Positions 1 to 9,281 of a stretch of DNA of 64,000 nt are shown here, in pieces. The stretch's first letter is position 1, and each line of letters starts with the position of its first letter. The DNA is taken from the NCBI GenBank assembly GCA_038207335.1, contig JBBQZX010000008.1, positions 114,940 through 178,939 of the forward strand, in the 5' to 3' direction. A program made the translations under genes and the position numbers. The notes under the pieces were generated by a model. The model was not told the DNA's origin, ran no database searches, and saw only the letters and a list, made by a program, of their open reading frames with translations. This stretch comes from Chthoniobacterales bacterium. Its GTDB lineage: Bacteria; Verrucomicrobiota; Verrucomicrobiia; Chthoniobacterales; Chthoniobacteraceae.

Positions 1-1
1 C

Positions 2-682
2 CTACTTCACGCCGACGACGAGGAACTGTCGGCCGATAAAGCGCCACGCGAACGCGAGCCGCAGGTAGAGTCGCAGGAAAAACAGCGGTGGCCGGAAGCC
101 GGCCGACATCGAGTAGGGCAGGAACTTTGGAATGCACCGCTCGATGCGGAAGGATTCCAGCCGGAGCAATTCGGAGAGCGATGCTTCGGTCAGAGTCACG
201 TGATGATCCCAAAAATCCCAATAGGAGCCAGGCAGGAATTTGATGTTCGGCCCCATGCAGATGAGGCGTCCGCCAGGTCGCAGGCAGCGCCAAGCCTGCG
301 CGACTGTCTTCTGCAGCAATTCCTTATCCGGCAAATGCTCGAAGAAGTTTGAGGTGAAGACGACGTCGAGCGACTCGTCGGGAAGCGGCCACATTGCGGA
401 ACAATCCTGATTGAGGAAAGTGACTCCTTCACCGAGTCGCTGGCCACCTTCGGGGTTGAGATCCATCCCATATTTTTTGGTCGCCTGGATCTGGCTGATG
501 AATTCACCCCAGCCGCAGCCGAGATCGAGCACGGTCTGATCCGTGCCGACGAGACGCTGGAAATACTCGCGCGTGAGCACGGCCCAGACACGACGGCGGT
601 ATTCGTGCATCGCGCTGAAACGCAATTGGTATTCGCGCTGGAGTTCAGCGCCTTTTTCCGTAGCAGAGGATTCGGGGTTCAT
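2..682 (-). CDS. Class I SAM-dependent methyltransferase (Methyltransf_11/23-like)
   Basis: VLDLGCGWG motif I, DVVFTSNFFEH; ATGA overlap with the upstream GT2 gene. Confidence 0.85.
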   Translation of the reverse strand: MNPESSATEKGAELQREYQLRFSAMHEYRRRVWAVLTREYFQRLVGTDQTVLDLGCGWGEFISQIQATKKYGMDLNPEGGQRLGEGVTFLNQDCSAMWPLPDESLDVVFTSNFFEHLPDKELLQKTVAQAWRCLRPGGRLICMGPNIKFLPGSYWDFWDHHVTLTEASLSELLRLESFRIERCIPKFLPYSMSAGFRPPLFFLRLYLRLAFAWRFIGRQFLVVGVK

Positions 683-1485
683 GGGTTTGATTCCTCCGCC
701 GGCAGGTTATTCTTGTGGTAGTCGCCCCGGCTGAAATATTTCTCCAGCCACACATAGAGGCAGATGAAAAGGTAGCGGCTGCCCATCTCGCGGATTTTCA
801 GCTTCGCCTCGCCCGTCCGGCGGTTGCGCCAGGTGATGGGTATGACGGTCCACGAATAGCCGCGCACGATAGCCTTGAGCGGGATTTCGACAGTGAGGTT
901 AAAGTGCGGCGCGATGAGCGGACGGCAGCCATCTATCACCGTCTTGCGATAGGCCTTGAAGGCATTCGTCACGTCGTTGAGGCGGATGTTGAAAAGCAGG
1001 CGGAGGAAGAGGTTCGCCAGACGGTTCATGCGGAGCTTCAGCCAGGGGTAATCAATGACGCCGCCGCCTTTCACAAACCGGCTGCCAAAGACGCAGTCGT
1101 GTCCCTCGTTGAGGAGTTGCCAATAGCGGACGACATCCCGGCAGTCGTCGGAATCATCCGCCATCATGATGGTGACCGCATCGCCCTTCATCTGATCGAG
1201 ACCGCAGACAATGGCGCGGCCGAAGCCGTGCGGGCCCTCGTTTCGCAGCGACTGAAGCTCGGGAATGCGCCCACGCATCTCCTGCAGGATCGGCCAAGTC
1301 GCATCGCTGCTGCCGTCATCTACCACGATGATTTCGTGGGGGACATTGTGCAGGCGCAGTTCCAAGTGCAGGCGCTCGACGGTCGCGGCGATGCAGCCCG
1401 CCTCGTCGCGCGCGGGGATGACGATGCTCATTAGGCGCAACGGCGGCGGCGGGATGGGAGCAGGAACTGTTTCAACCATGTTCAT
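679..1485 (-). CDS. Glycosyltransferase family 2 (DPM1/ArnC-like)
   Basis: SIVIPARDE, IIVVDDGSSD, MMADDSD, FGSRF; start trimmed to the ATG overlapping the epimerase stop (ATGA). Confidence 0.9.
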   Translation of the reverse strand: MNMVETVPAPIPPPPLRLMSIVIPARDEAGCIAATVERLHLELRLHNVPHEIIVVDDGSSDATWPILQEMRGRIPELQSLRNEGPHGFGRAIVCGLDQMKGDAVTIMMADDSDDCRDVVRYWQLLNEGHDCVFGSRFVKGGGVIDYPWLKLRMNRLANLFLRLLFNIRLNDVTNAFKAYRKTVIDGCRPLIAPHFNLTVEIPLKAIVRGYSWTVIPITWRNRRTGEAKLKIREMGSRYLFICLYVWLEKYFSRGDYHKNNLPAEESNP

Positions 1486-2549
1486 GCGCCGGAAAGTTCC
1501 AGCCAACGGGGATTTTTCTCCGCGTGCTCCGCGATCTCTGTGAGCACGGATTGCATCGGGCGCCGGGGTTTCCAATCCCAGAATTTTTCCGCACGGCTGC
1601 TGTCCATGACCATCCACGGGATGTCGAAGCGGCGAGGCCTGCCATCGGGTTCCACCGTGTGGGAGCCGAATCGTTCCGCGCACCACGCGCTGAGTTCCGC
1701 GAGCGACATGGCGTTTTCCGGGCCGCCGCCGGCATGGGTAATCCTCGGCGCGGATGCGTCAGGGTTTTGCATTTGCCGCACCAGCAACGGCACGAGATCG
1801 GCCGGGTGCAGCATATCGCGCACTTGGCCGCCCAAACCCTCGAAACCGAGGTAACGCAGCGGAAGCCGGGCGCGCCAGGCATGAAGCCAATAAGAGAATA
1901 TGCCCTGCTCCGCAGTCCCGAACTGTCCCGGTCCCGCCAAGACCCCGCAGCGGTTGATCCATACGGGAAAGGAAAACGTCGCGCCGTATTCGAGTGCGAG
2001 CTGCTCGGAAGCCAGTTTCGTGCTTCCGTAGAGCGAAATGGGCGGTTCGGTGCTGAAATCCTCGCGAAGGCCGCGGGCGCTCACTCCCGGCGCGAGGGGC
2101 TTGGCGTCATCCAGCTCAAAGCGCAGGCCCTCCCGCCGAAGCGGCAGGCTGGTGAGCGCAGCGATCGAGTAAACACGGCTCGTGCTCAGCAGGATCAAGC
2201 CGGCGGCGGTGCGCCGACAGTATTCGAGCAGGTTGATCGTACCGAGCAGGTTGTGCTCGACGAGCTGTCGGCTGCTGGCCTTGCCATCAATACCCGCCTG
2301 CACGCTGGGATTCGCGGCGGCATCAATCACCCAATCGACGGGCGGGAGAGTTTCCAGATCGCTGGCAGAGCGCAAATCACCATGGAGAACCCTAACCCTG
2401 GATTTCTGAAGCAAGGCGCGATTCGTTTCACTGCCGGGGCGGCTCAAGTTATCCATGCCCGAGATTTCCAAACCGGGCGAATGGCCGCAGAATGCCTGCG
2501 ACAAGGCCGCTCCGGCAAATCCGCAAATGCCTGTGATGAAAACCTTCAT
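1482..2549 (-). CDS. NAD-dependent epimerase/dehydratase (CDP-paratose/tyvelose 2-epimerase-like)
   Basis: MKVFITGICGFAG Rossmann motif, STSRVY, YGSTK (YxxxK), QVRDMLH. Confidence 0.85.
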   Translation of the reverse strand: MKVFITGICGFAGAALSQAFCGHSPGLEISGMDNLSRPGSETNRALLQKSRVRVLHGDLRSASDLETLPPVDWVIDAAANPSVQAGIDGKASSRQLVEHNLLGTINLLEYCRRTAAGLILLSTSRVYSIAALTSLPLRREGLRFELDDAKPLAPGVSARGLREDFSTEPPISLYGSTKLASEQLALEYGATFSFPVWINRCGVLAGPGQFGTAEQGIFSYWLHAWRARLPLRYLGFEGLGGQVRDMLHPADLVPLLVRQMQNPDASAPRITHAGGGPENAMSLAELSAWCAERFGSHTVEPDGRPRRFDIPWMVMDSSRAEKFWDWKPRRPMQSVLTEIAEHAEKNPRWLELSGA

Positions 2550-2696
2550 GGGAAATCCGCAAAATTGCACGGATGGGCAAGCCATGTAAACACGGGATGG
2601 ACGCAACCTCTTCGCCTGCCGGTGGTTGATCGCTGCATTTCAACCTTTGCAGAGCCCGGCGCTTTCGAGTTTGAAGGAGGCTGTGACTCTTCCGGA

Positions 2697-3674
2697 ATGA
2701 TTATCACCCGCTCACCTTTGCGCATTTCCCTCGGCGGCGGCGGCACGGATTTGCCGTCTTATTATGAGGAGCACGGCGGGTTTCTCGTTGCGGCGGCGAT
2801 CGACAAATATGTCTATCTCACGCTGCACGAGACGTTTGTGCCTGAGCTAATCATCAAATATTCCAAAATGGAGCGGGTGAAAACGGTGGAGGAAGTGGAG
2901 CACCCGATCATTCGCGAGACAATGAAACTGCTCGGGGTGAAAGCGCCGTCGCTGGAGCTGACCTCCATGGCGGACATCCCGGCGGGGACTGGGCTGGGGT
3001 CGTCGGGGAGTTTCACGACGGCACTTTTGAAGGCGCTGCACGCGCACAAAAATCATCTCGTGCATCCGAGCGAACTCGCGGCGCAGGCGTGCCGGATAGA
3101 GATCGACATCCTCGGTGAGCCGATCGGGAAACAGGATCAGTACATCGCGGCGTATGGCGGGCTGACTTGTTTTGAGTTCAAGCCGGACGGCAGCGTGGTC
3201 GCGGAGGCGCTGAAAATTTCGCAGGAGACGATCTTCAATTTGGAGGACGATCTGCTGCTTTTTTTCACGGGTTATTCGCGCTCGGCGTCGGCTATTTTGA
3301 AAGAGCAGGACGTGAAGAGCAAAGGGCGCGACCAGGCGATGATCGACAATCTGCATTTCGTGAAAGAGCTCGGATACAAGAGCCGCGCGGCGCTGGAGAG
3401 CGGCGATCTCGCGGAGTTTGGGCGGCTCATGGATGTGCATTGGCAGAACAAAAAGAAGCGCTCCGGCGGCATGAGCAATCCGCGCATCAATGAATGGTAC
3501 GAGCTCGCGATGGCGAATGGCGCGACGGGCGGAAAGCTGATCGGCGCGGGCGGCGGCGGCTTCCTCATGTTTCACGCGAGCGACAAGGCGCGGCTGCGGC
3601 ATGTGCTGCGCGAGGCGGGGATGACGGAGGTGCGCTTCCGTTTCGATTTCGAGGGCACCAAGCGGGTGATCTGA
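2697..3674 (+). CDS. hddA: D-glycero-alpha-D-manno-heptose 7-phosphate kinase (GHMP kinase)
   Basis: MIITRSPLRISLGGGGTD, PAGTGLGSSG, IGKQDQY, GGKLIGAGGGGF; heptose-gene context. Confidence 0.85.
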   Translation: MIITRSPLRISLGGGGTDLPSYYEEHGGFLVAAAIDKYVYLTLHETFVPELIIKYSKMERVKTVEEVEHPIIRETMKLLGVKAPSLELTSMADIPAGTGLGSSGSFTTALLKALHAHKNHLVHPSELAAQACRIEIDILGEPIGKQDQYIAAYGGLTCFEFKPDGSVVAEALKISQETIFNLEDDLLLFFTGYSRSASAILKEQDVKSKGRDQAMIDNLHFVKELGYKSRAALESGDLAEFGRLMDVHWQNKKKRSGGMSNPRINEWYELAMANGATGGKLIGAGGGGFLMFHASDKARLRHVLREAGMTEVRFRFDFEGTKRVI

Positions 3675-3676
3675 GA

Positions 3677-4393
3677 ATGGGTCTCGCCGGCACTCCAGTC
3701 GCGATCCTCGCGGGCGGGCTCGCGACGCGGCTGCGGCCGATTACGGAGACGGTGCCGAAGGTGCTCATTCCGGTGGCGGGGCGGCCATTTCTGGCACATC
3801 AGCTCGAGATGCTGCGCTCGCAGGGAATCCGCCGGGCAGTGCTGTGTGTCGGGCATCTCGGCGAGCGCGTGCGGGGGGAATTTGGGGACGGCAGCGCGCA
3901 TGGTGTGGCGCTCGAATATTCGTTCGACGGGCCCACGCTTCTCGGGACGGGAGGCGCGCTGAAGCAAGCGTGCGGCTTGCTTGGCGAGCGGTTCTTCGTC
4001 TTGTACGGCGACTCGTATTTGCCGACGAGGTTCGCGCCGATCGCCGAGTTTTTTGAAATGAGCGGGCGGCTCGGACTGATGACTGTTTTCAAAAATGAAG
4101 GTCTCTACGACACGAGCAACGTCGTGTTTCGCGACGGCGAGATTTTGATCTACGACAAAAAATCGCGCACGCCGGAGACGCGCCACATCGACTACGGGCT
4201 GAGCCTTTTTCGTGCGGCTGCGTTTGCGGATTGGCCAGCGCGCGAGGCATTCGATCTAGCGGATGTGATGCAGCGGCTGCTCGCGCGCGGCCAACTCGCG
4301 GGGTATGAAGTGCGCGAGCGTTTTTACGAGATCGGCTCGCACGCCGGGCTCGCCGAACTGAACCTCCTCCTCAACTCAAAACCCACGCCATGA
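3677..4393 (+). CDS. Sugar-1-phosphate nucleotidyltransferase (HddC-like heptose-1-P guanylyltransferase)
   Basis: ILAGGLATRLRPIT..PK, LGTGGAL, YGDSY; lies between hddA and gmhA. Confidence 0.8.
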   Translation: MGLAGTPVAILAGGLATRLRPITETVPKVLIPVAGRPFLAHQLEMLRSQGIRRAVLCVGHLGERVRGEFGDGSAHGVALEYSFDGPTLLGTGGALKQACGLLGERFFVLYGDSYLPTRFAPIAEFFEMSGRLGLMTVFKNEGLYDTSNVVFRDGEILIYDKKSRTPETRHIDYGLSLFRAAAFADWPAREAFDLADVMQRLLARGQLAGYEVRERFYEIGSHAGLAELNLLLNSKPTP

Positions 4394-4986
4394 CCTTTGC
4401 CGAACAATATCTCAGCGAAACCACCGACATCGTCTCGAAGCTCGATCCGGGCGTGATGGAGGCGATGGCGGACAAGCTCGCGGATCTGCGCGCGGGCGGC
4501 GGGCGGCTCTTCATCCTCGGCGTCGGAGGCAGCGCTGCGAATGCCTCGCACGCGGTGAACGACTTCCGAAAAATCGCGGGGATCGAGTGCTACGCGCCGA
4601 CCGACAATGTCTCCGAACTGTCCGCGCGGACGAACGACGAAGGCTGGGCGACGGTCTTCGCAGAATGGCTTCGCGGAAGCCGGCTCAATGCAAAAGACGG
4701 GCTCCTCATTTTCTCGGTCGGTGGTGGGAATCTCGAAAAAAACGTGAGCCCGAATCTCGTGCAGGCGGTGCAGCTCGCGAAAGAAGTCGGCGCGCTCGTA
4801 CTCGGCATCGTCGGGCGCGACGGCGGCTTCACGGCGAAAAACGCTGACGTGTGCGCGATCGTGCCGACGGTGAATGCGGCAAACGTCACGCCGCATTCGG
4901 AGGCGTTTCAGGGCGTGCTGTGGCATCTGCTCGTCTCGCATCCCAAGCTGAAAATCGTGGAGACGAAGTGGGAGAGCGTGAAGTGA
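4390..4986 (+). CDS. gmhA: Phosphoheptose isomerase (SIS domain)
   Basis: GVGGSAANASH, ARTND, SVGGG..SPNLV, GRDGG; ATGA coupling. Confidence 0.8.
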   Translation: MTFAEQYLSETTDIVSKLDPGVMEAMADKLADLRAGGGRLFILGVGGSAANASHAVNDFRKIAGIECYAPTDNVSELSARTNDEGWATVFAEWLRGSRLNAKDGLLIFSVGGGNLEKNVSPNLVQAVQLAKEVGALVLGIVGRDGGFTAKNADVCAIVPTVNAANVTPHSEAFQGVLWHLLVSHPKLKIVETKWESVK

Positions 4987-5519
4987 GCGCGGCGCGCGCG
5001 GTTTTTCTCGACCGCGACGGCGTGCTGAATGGCGCGGTCGTGCGGGATGGAAAGCCGTATCCGCCGGCGAATGCGGAGGAGTTCGAACTGCTGCCGGGAG
5101 TCGTCGAGGCGTGCCTGCTTTTGAAGGAACGCGGCTTTCTGCTGATCGTCGCGACGAATCAGCCGGACGTCGGTCGCGGCACGCAGGAGCAGGCCGTCGT
5201 CGAGGTGATGCACCGAAAAATGTGCGATGCGCTGCCGCTCGATCACGTCGAAGTCTGCTACGATCCGGGGCAAGGCGTGGCGTCGGATTTTCGCAAACCC
5301 GCGCCGGGGATGCTGCTGCGCGCGTCGTCGCTTTTCGGGATCGACCTGAGCCAGTCGTACATGGTCGGCGACCGGTGGCGCGACATCGACTGCGGGCAAG
5401 CCGCGGGCTGCCAGACGATTTTCATCGACCGCGGATACGATGAAAGTTTGCGCCAGCAGCCTGACTTTCGCGCCGCCGATCTGGCCGCGGCGGCGGCGCT
5501 GATTCTTCGCTTGAATTGA
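4983..5519 (+). CDS. gmhB: Heptose-1,7-bisphosphate phosphatase (HAD IIIA)
   Basis: FLDRDGVLN, ATNQ, RKPAPGM, MVGDRWRDI; GTG start overlapping the gmhA stop. Confidence 0.85.
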   Translation: MSAARAVFLDRDGVLNGAVVRDGKPYPPANAEEFELLPGVVEACLLLKERGFLLIVATNQPDVGRGTQEQAVVEVMHRKMCDALPLDHVEVCYDPGQGVASDFRKPAPGMLLRASSLFGIDLSQSYMVGDRWRDIDCGQAAGCQTIFIDRGYDESLRQQPDFRAADLAAAAALILRLN

Positions 5520-5565
5520 CCAATTCCGAGGCGATGCCAGTCTGAAACAACCATCCCAAAATCCC

Positions 5566-6288
5566 ATGAACCCGCTCGAATCTCTCAAAGTCAAAATCTT
5601 CGCTGACGGCGCGGACAAAAAAGGAATGCTCGATCTTTACGCCAACCCGCTGATCCAGGGGATGACGACGAATCCGACGCTGATGAACAAGATCGGAATC
5701 AAGGACTATGAAGCCTTCGCGCGCGACGTGCTGGAGACCGTGACGGACAAGCCGATTTCGTTCGAGGTGTTCTCGGATGAGTTCGCCGACATGCGGAAGC
5801 AGGCGCTGAAAATCGCGGCGTGGCAGAAGAATGTGTTCGTGAAGATCCCGGTGATGAATCCGCGTGGCGAGGCGTCCTACGAGCTGATTAGCGATCTCGC
5901 GAACGAAGGCGTGCAACTCAATGTGACCGCAATTTTGACGGTCGAGCAGGTGAGCTGCGTGGCGGAATCGCTCTCGCCGAAGACGGCGTCGGTGGTGTCG
6001 GTCTTCGCCGGCCGCATCGCGGACACGGGTCGCGATCCGGGGCCGATCATGGAAGAAAGCTTGAAGGTTCTGCGCGACTTGCCGGCCGCGGAATTGCTGT
6101 GGGCGAGCGTGCGCGAAGTGCTGAATATTTTCCAAGCCGACGCGTGCGGCACTCACATCGTGACGGTGCAGCACGACATCCTCGGCAAGGCATTGAAAAT
6201 GGCCGGGATGGACCTCACGGAGCTGTCGCTCGATACCGTGCGGATGTTCGACAAGGATGCAAAAGCGGCCGGCTTCACATTGAGCTGA
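5566..6288 (+). CDS. tal: Transaldolase (short TalC-type)
   Basis: FADGAD, TTNPTL, ISFEV, Schiff-base FVKIP, NVT, SVFAGRIAD. Confidence 0.85.
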   Translation: MNPLESLKVKIFADGADKKGMLDLYANPLIQGMTTNPTLMNKIGIKDYEAFARDVLETVTDKPISFEVFSDEFADMRKQALKIAAWQKNVFVKIPVMNPRGEASYELISDLANEGVQLNVTAILTVEQVSCVAESLSPKTASVVSVFAGRIADTGRDPGPIMEESLKVLRDLPAAELLWASVREVLNIFQADACGTHIVTVQHDILGKALKMAGMDLTELSLDTVRMFDKDAKAAGFTLS

Positions 6289-6335
6289 CGGCGCCAGCCC
6301 GGTCCATCGCGGAGTCCGAAGAGCAAAATCGACCG

Positions 6336-7550
6336 ATGACCGCGCGAGCCGCTCCGACACGGATACTTTCGATTTTCAACAAGTACATCGAGCGCGGCGG
6401 GGAGGAGGTCGCGGTCGAGGAAATCTGCGCGGCGCTGGCGCGTCATCCGGCGGAGTTCGAGCCGCGGGAGCTGCTTTTTCACAGCGCGGATTGGCGTCGC
6501 GAGCCGGTGCCGTCGGTGTGGAAAAAGGCGCGGTGGTTTGTGCGAAATCCGACCTCGATCGCGCGGCTGCGTGAGTCGCAATCGGCGCTGCGGGCGGATT
6601 GCTGGCTGGCGCACAATCTTTTTCCGGTCGGCTCGGCGGCGATTTATCGCGAGGCGCTGCGACTCGGCGTGCCAATGATCCAGTATCTGCACAACTACCG
6701 CCCGTTCTCAGTGAGCGGCTATTTGTGGGATGGCGAGAAGCTCGCACCGGGCGGATTGCGTGGCTCGTTTTGGCAGGAGATCCGCGCGGGCGCGTGGCAG
6801 GATTCGCAACTCAAGACGGCGGGCTACGCGGTCGTGCTGAAGGCAATGCACGCGCTCGGGTGGTTCGAGGCGGTGAAGTCGTGGGTGGCAATTTCGGAGT
6901 TCATGCGGCAGCGGTTCATCGAGGCTGGGGTGCCGGCTGAGCGGATTTTCACGGCACCGCATTTTTGGCGCGCGATGGAGTCGCCGCCCGCGCCGCGCGA
7001 CGACGGGTATTTTCTTTTTTTGGGAAGACTGATCACGGCAAAGGGCGTACGCGTGCTTTTCGAGGCGTGGGCGCTGGTGGAGGAGGCCCTCGGCTCACGC
7101 GCGCCGCGGCTGGTGATCGCAGGCGCGGGGCCGCTGGAGGGCTCGGTGCGCGAGTGCTGCGGGCGGCGGGAGCGCGTGGAATTTGCGGGGCATGTGAGCG
7201 GGGAGAAGAAGGCGGAATTGATCGCGGGCTGCTCGGCGATGGTGGCGCCGTCGATCTGGTGGGAACCGCTCGGGCTGGTGACTTATGAGGCCTACGATTT
7301 TCAAAAGCCGATGCTCGCCGCGGCGTCGGGTGGACTGACGGAAACAGTGGTCGATGGCGAGACGGGGCTGTTACACGAGCCCGGCAATGCGCGGCAACTC
7401 GCGGAGCAAGTGCTCGCGCTGCACAGCGACCCCGGCCGGCGCGCGGCGATGGGTGCAAACGGCCGCGCGTGGCTGGTGGGAAATACGAACGAGGCGCTGT
7501 GGCTGCAGCGCTTTGACCGGGCAGTGGAGTATGCGCTGGCAGGGCGGTGA
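6336..7550 (+). CDS. Glycosyltransferase family 4
   Basis: GGEE N-terminal motif, FLGRL..KG, PSIWWEPLGLVTYEA (Ex7E). Confidence 0.88.
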   Translation: MTARAAPTRILSIFNKYIERGGEEVAVEEICAALARHPAEFEPRELLFHSADWRREPVPSVWKKARWFVRNPTSIARLRESQSALRADCWLAHNLFPVGSAAIYREALRLGVPMIQYLHNYRPFSVSGYLWDGEKLAPGGLRGSFWQEIRAGAWQDSQLKTAGYAVVLKAMHALGWFEAVKSWVAISEFMRQRFIEAGVPAERIFTAPHFWRAMESPPAPRDDGYFLFLGRLITAKGVRVLFEAWALVEEALGSRAPRLVIAGAGPLEGSVRECCGRRERVEFAGHVSGEKKAELIAGCSAMVAPSIWWEPLGLVTYEAYDFQKPMLAAASGGLTETVVDGETGLLHEPGNARQLAEQVLALHSDPGRRAAMGANGRAWLVGNTNEALWLQRFDRAVEYALAGR

Positions 7551-7661
7551 GGGCTGCCGACCTTTCAGGCTGACTTTAGACAAGTGCAGTTCGCCTTCGC
7601 AGGTTAAAATCCCCTGCAGCGTTTCAAAGGCAAAGCTTGCAACGGAAATTGCGTGTTCCCG

Positions 7662-9218
7662 TCACGCGCAGTCGAGTTCTACGGCGCTCACGGAGGCTGC
7701 AGGGACGCGCCAACGGTAGGTCTCGGCGGGGGGCAGGACGTGCTCCTGAGGCTGGAAGGCGCGGGGATTGATCTCGCTGGCTTCGTGGCGGAGGGAGTCG
7801 GGGGCGATGGCGAGGACTCGTGCCGCGATGATGGTCTCCCCTTTCACAGAAAAGGAAACCTCGGTGCTGCCGTTGAAGTCCTTGTTGGCAACGTGGAGGA
7901 AGACTTTCTTTCCGGTGCGGCTGGCGGCGATGTCGAGGCTGCCGGGGGCCGAAGTGACGGCGATGGCCTGGCGTCCGTTGTGGTGCTTGAAGAGGCGCAT
8001 GACGGCGCCGGCCGGGAGCAGGTAGCTGAGGCGGCCGGGGATCTGGAGGAGGAGGGCGCTGGAGGTCCAGCGGTTGCCGTTGAAGTCGGCGCAGGTCGCG
8101 ATTTTCACGCGGGCGCCGGCGCGCTGGTAGCTGTTCATGGAGCGGGCGTGATAGACGCCGGTGAGCCACTCGGTGAGGATGGGGTTGAGGTTTCGCGGGG
8201 AGAGGCTGAGGTGGCCCTCGGTGACGGCGAGGCCGTGCGGGGTTTTCTTTGCGTCGATGATTTCGACCATGCGCCGGAGCCGCTGCTCCACGCGGTCGGC
8301 GAGGCCGGCGAGTTCCTGCCAGGCCTGCTCTGGATTGGACTGGTAGCGGTTGCCGGCGAGGACGGTGTCTTTGCGCTGCGGCGACTGGCCCATCATGTGC
8401 ATGGCAATGTGGTCGATTTGCTCGCCGGCGCGCTCGATCATGTCGCCGGCCCATGCTTCGCCGCGGCCGGGGAGGTCGCCCCACGCGATGAGTTGGAGCG
8501 CTGGGTCGCGCTCGCGCATGGCTTTGGCAAAGTCGATGGTGTGGGCGATGCAGTCGTCTTTGGAGAAGTTGTCGGGCGCGTAGCTGGTCTCGTTCCCCAG
8601 CTGCCAGAGTCGGAGGTTGAAGGGCTCGGGATGCCCATTGGCACGGCGTTCGCGGTCGGAGGGGTCGTTGCAATAACTGACCCAGTCGGCCGCTTCGCGC
8701 GCGTCCCCGGTGCGGTCGCCCTCGGGCGTCTTGCGGTATTCCTCACGCCCGTCGCCGAGGAAATTGACGCAGTAGAAACCTTCGCACCCGACGCGCTGGC
8801 AGTAGTCGGCAAACTCGTGCGTGCCGACGCGGTTGCTCTCCCAGCCATCCCACATGTAGTTGCGATGCCGCGGTCGCTCGGCCGCGGGGCCGATGCCTTC
8901 GCGCCATTTATAGTAGCGGCTGTAGATGCCGCCGAAGCGCATGAGGTCGGGCGCGAGGTCGCGCGTGGTCTCGATGAAGTCTGCGCGCCAGTCGTCGGCA
9001 CGGTGATCCCACGAGCCCTCTACGCTGGCGTCGGTGAGGCCGAGCGGCTCCATGAATTGCATGTGGAGCCACGGCGAGATGTCGAAGAGCGGCGCGGGAT
9101 CGACGACGATCGCGGCGCCGGGACGCGGCTCTGCGGCGGATTGCGCTAGCGCTTGTCGTGCGAGGAGCGCGCCGCCAGCGACGGCCGTGCAGCGTTGGAT
9201 GAATGTGCGGCGTTGCAT
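7662..9218 (-). CDS. Tat-exported GH51 alpha-L-arabinofuranosidase-like glycoside hydrolase
   Basis: MQRRTFI twin-arginine signal, QFMEPLG, RFGG, WQLGNET (acid/base), AVTE (nucleophile). Confidence 0.8.
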   Translation of the reverse strand: MQRRTFIQRCTAVAGGALLARQALAQSAAEPRPGAAIVVDPAPLFDISPWLHMQFMEPLGLTDASVEGSWDHRADDWRADFIETTRDLAPDLMRFGGIYSRYYKWREGIGPAAERPRHRNYMWDGWESNRVGTHEFADYCQRVGCEGFYCVNFLGDGREEYRKTPEGDRTGDAREAADWVSYCNDPSDRERRANGHPEPFNLRLWQLGNETSYAPDNFSKDDCIAHTIDFAKAMRERDPALQLIAWGDLPGRGEAWAGDMIERAGEQIDHIAMHMMGQSPQRKDTVLAGNRYQSNPEQAWQELAGLADRVEQRLRRMVEIIDAKKTPHGLAVTEGHLSLSPRNLNPILTEWLTGVYHARSMNSYQRAGARVKIATCADFNGNRWTSSALLLQIPGRLSYLLPAGAVMRLFKHHNGRQAIAVTSAPGSLDIAASRTGKKVFLHVANKDFNGSTEVSFSVKGETIIAARVLAIAPDSLRHEASEINPRAFQPQEHVLPPAETYRWRVPAASVSAVELDCA

Positions 9219-9281
9219 GGGGGAGATGCGCCGTCAGCGTAACGGGTGCGGCGTTAAAAAAACGCCGGAACCGGAGTGCTG

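Noticed and set aside
1524..2696. Apparent 716-aa fusion upstream of hddA
   Set aside because: The extension is the antisense of the epimerase gene; the GHMP motif starts at ATG 2697.
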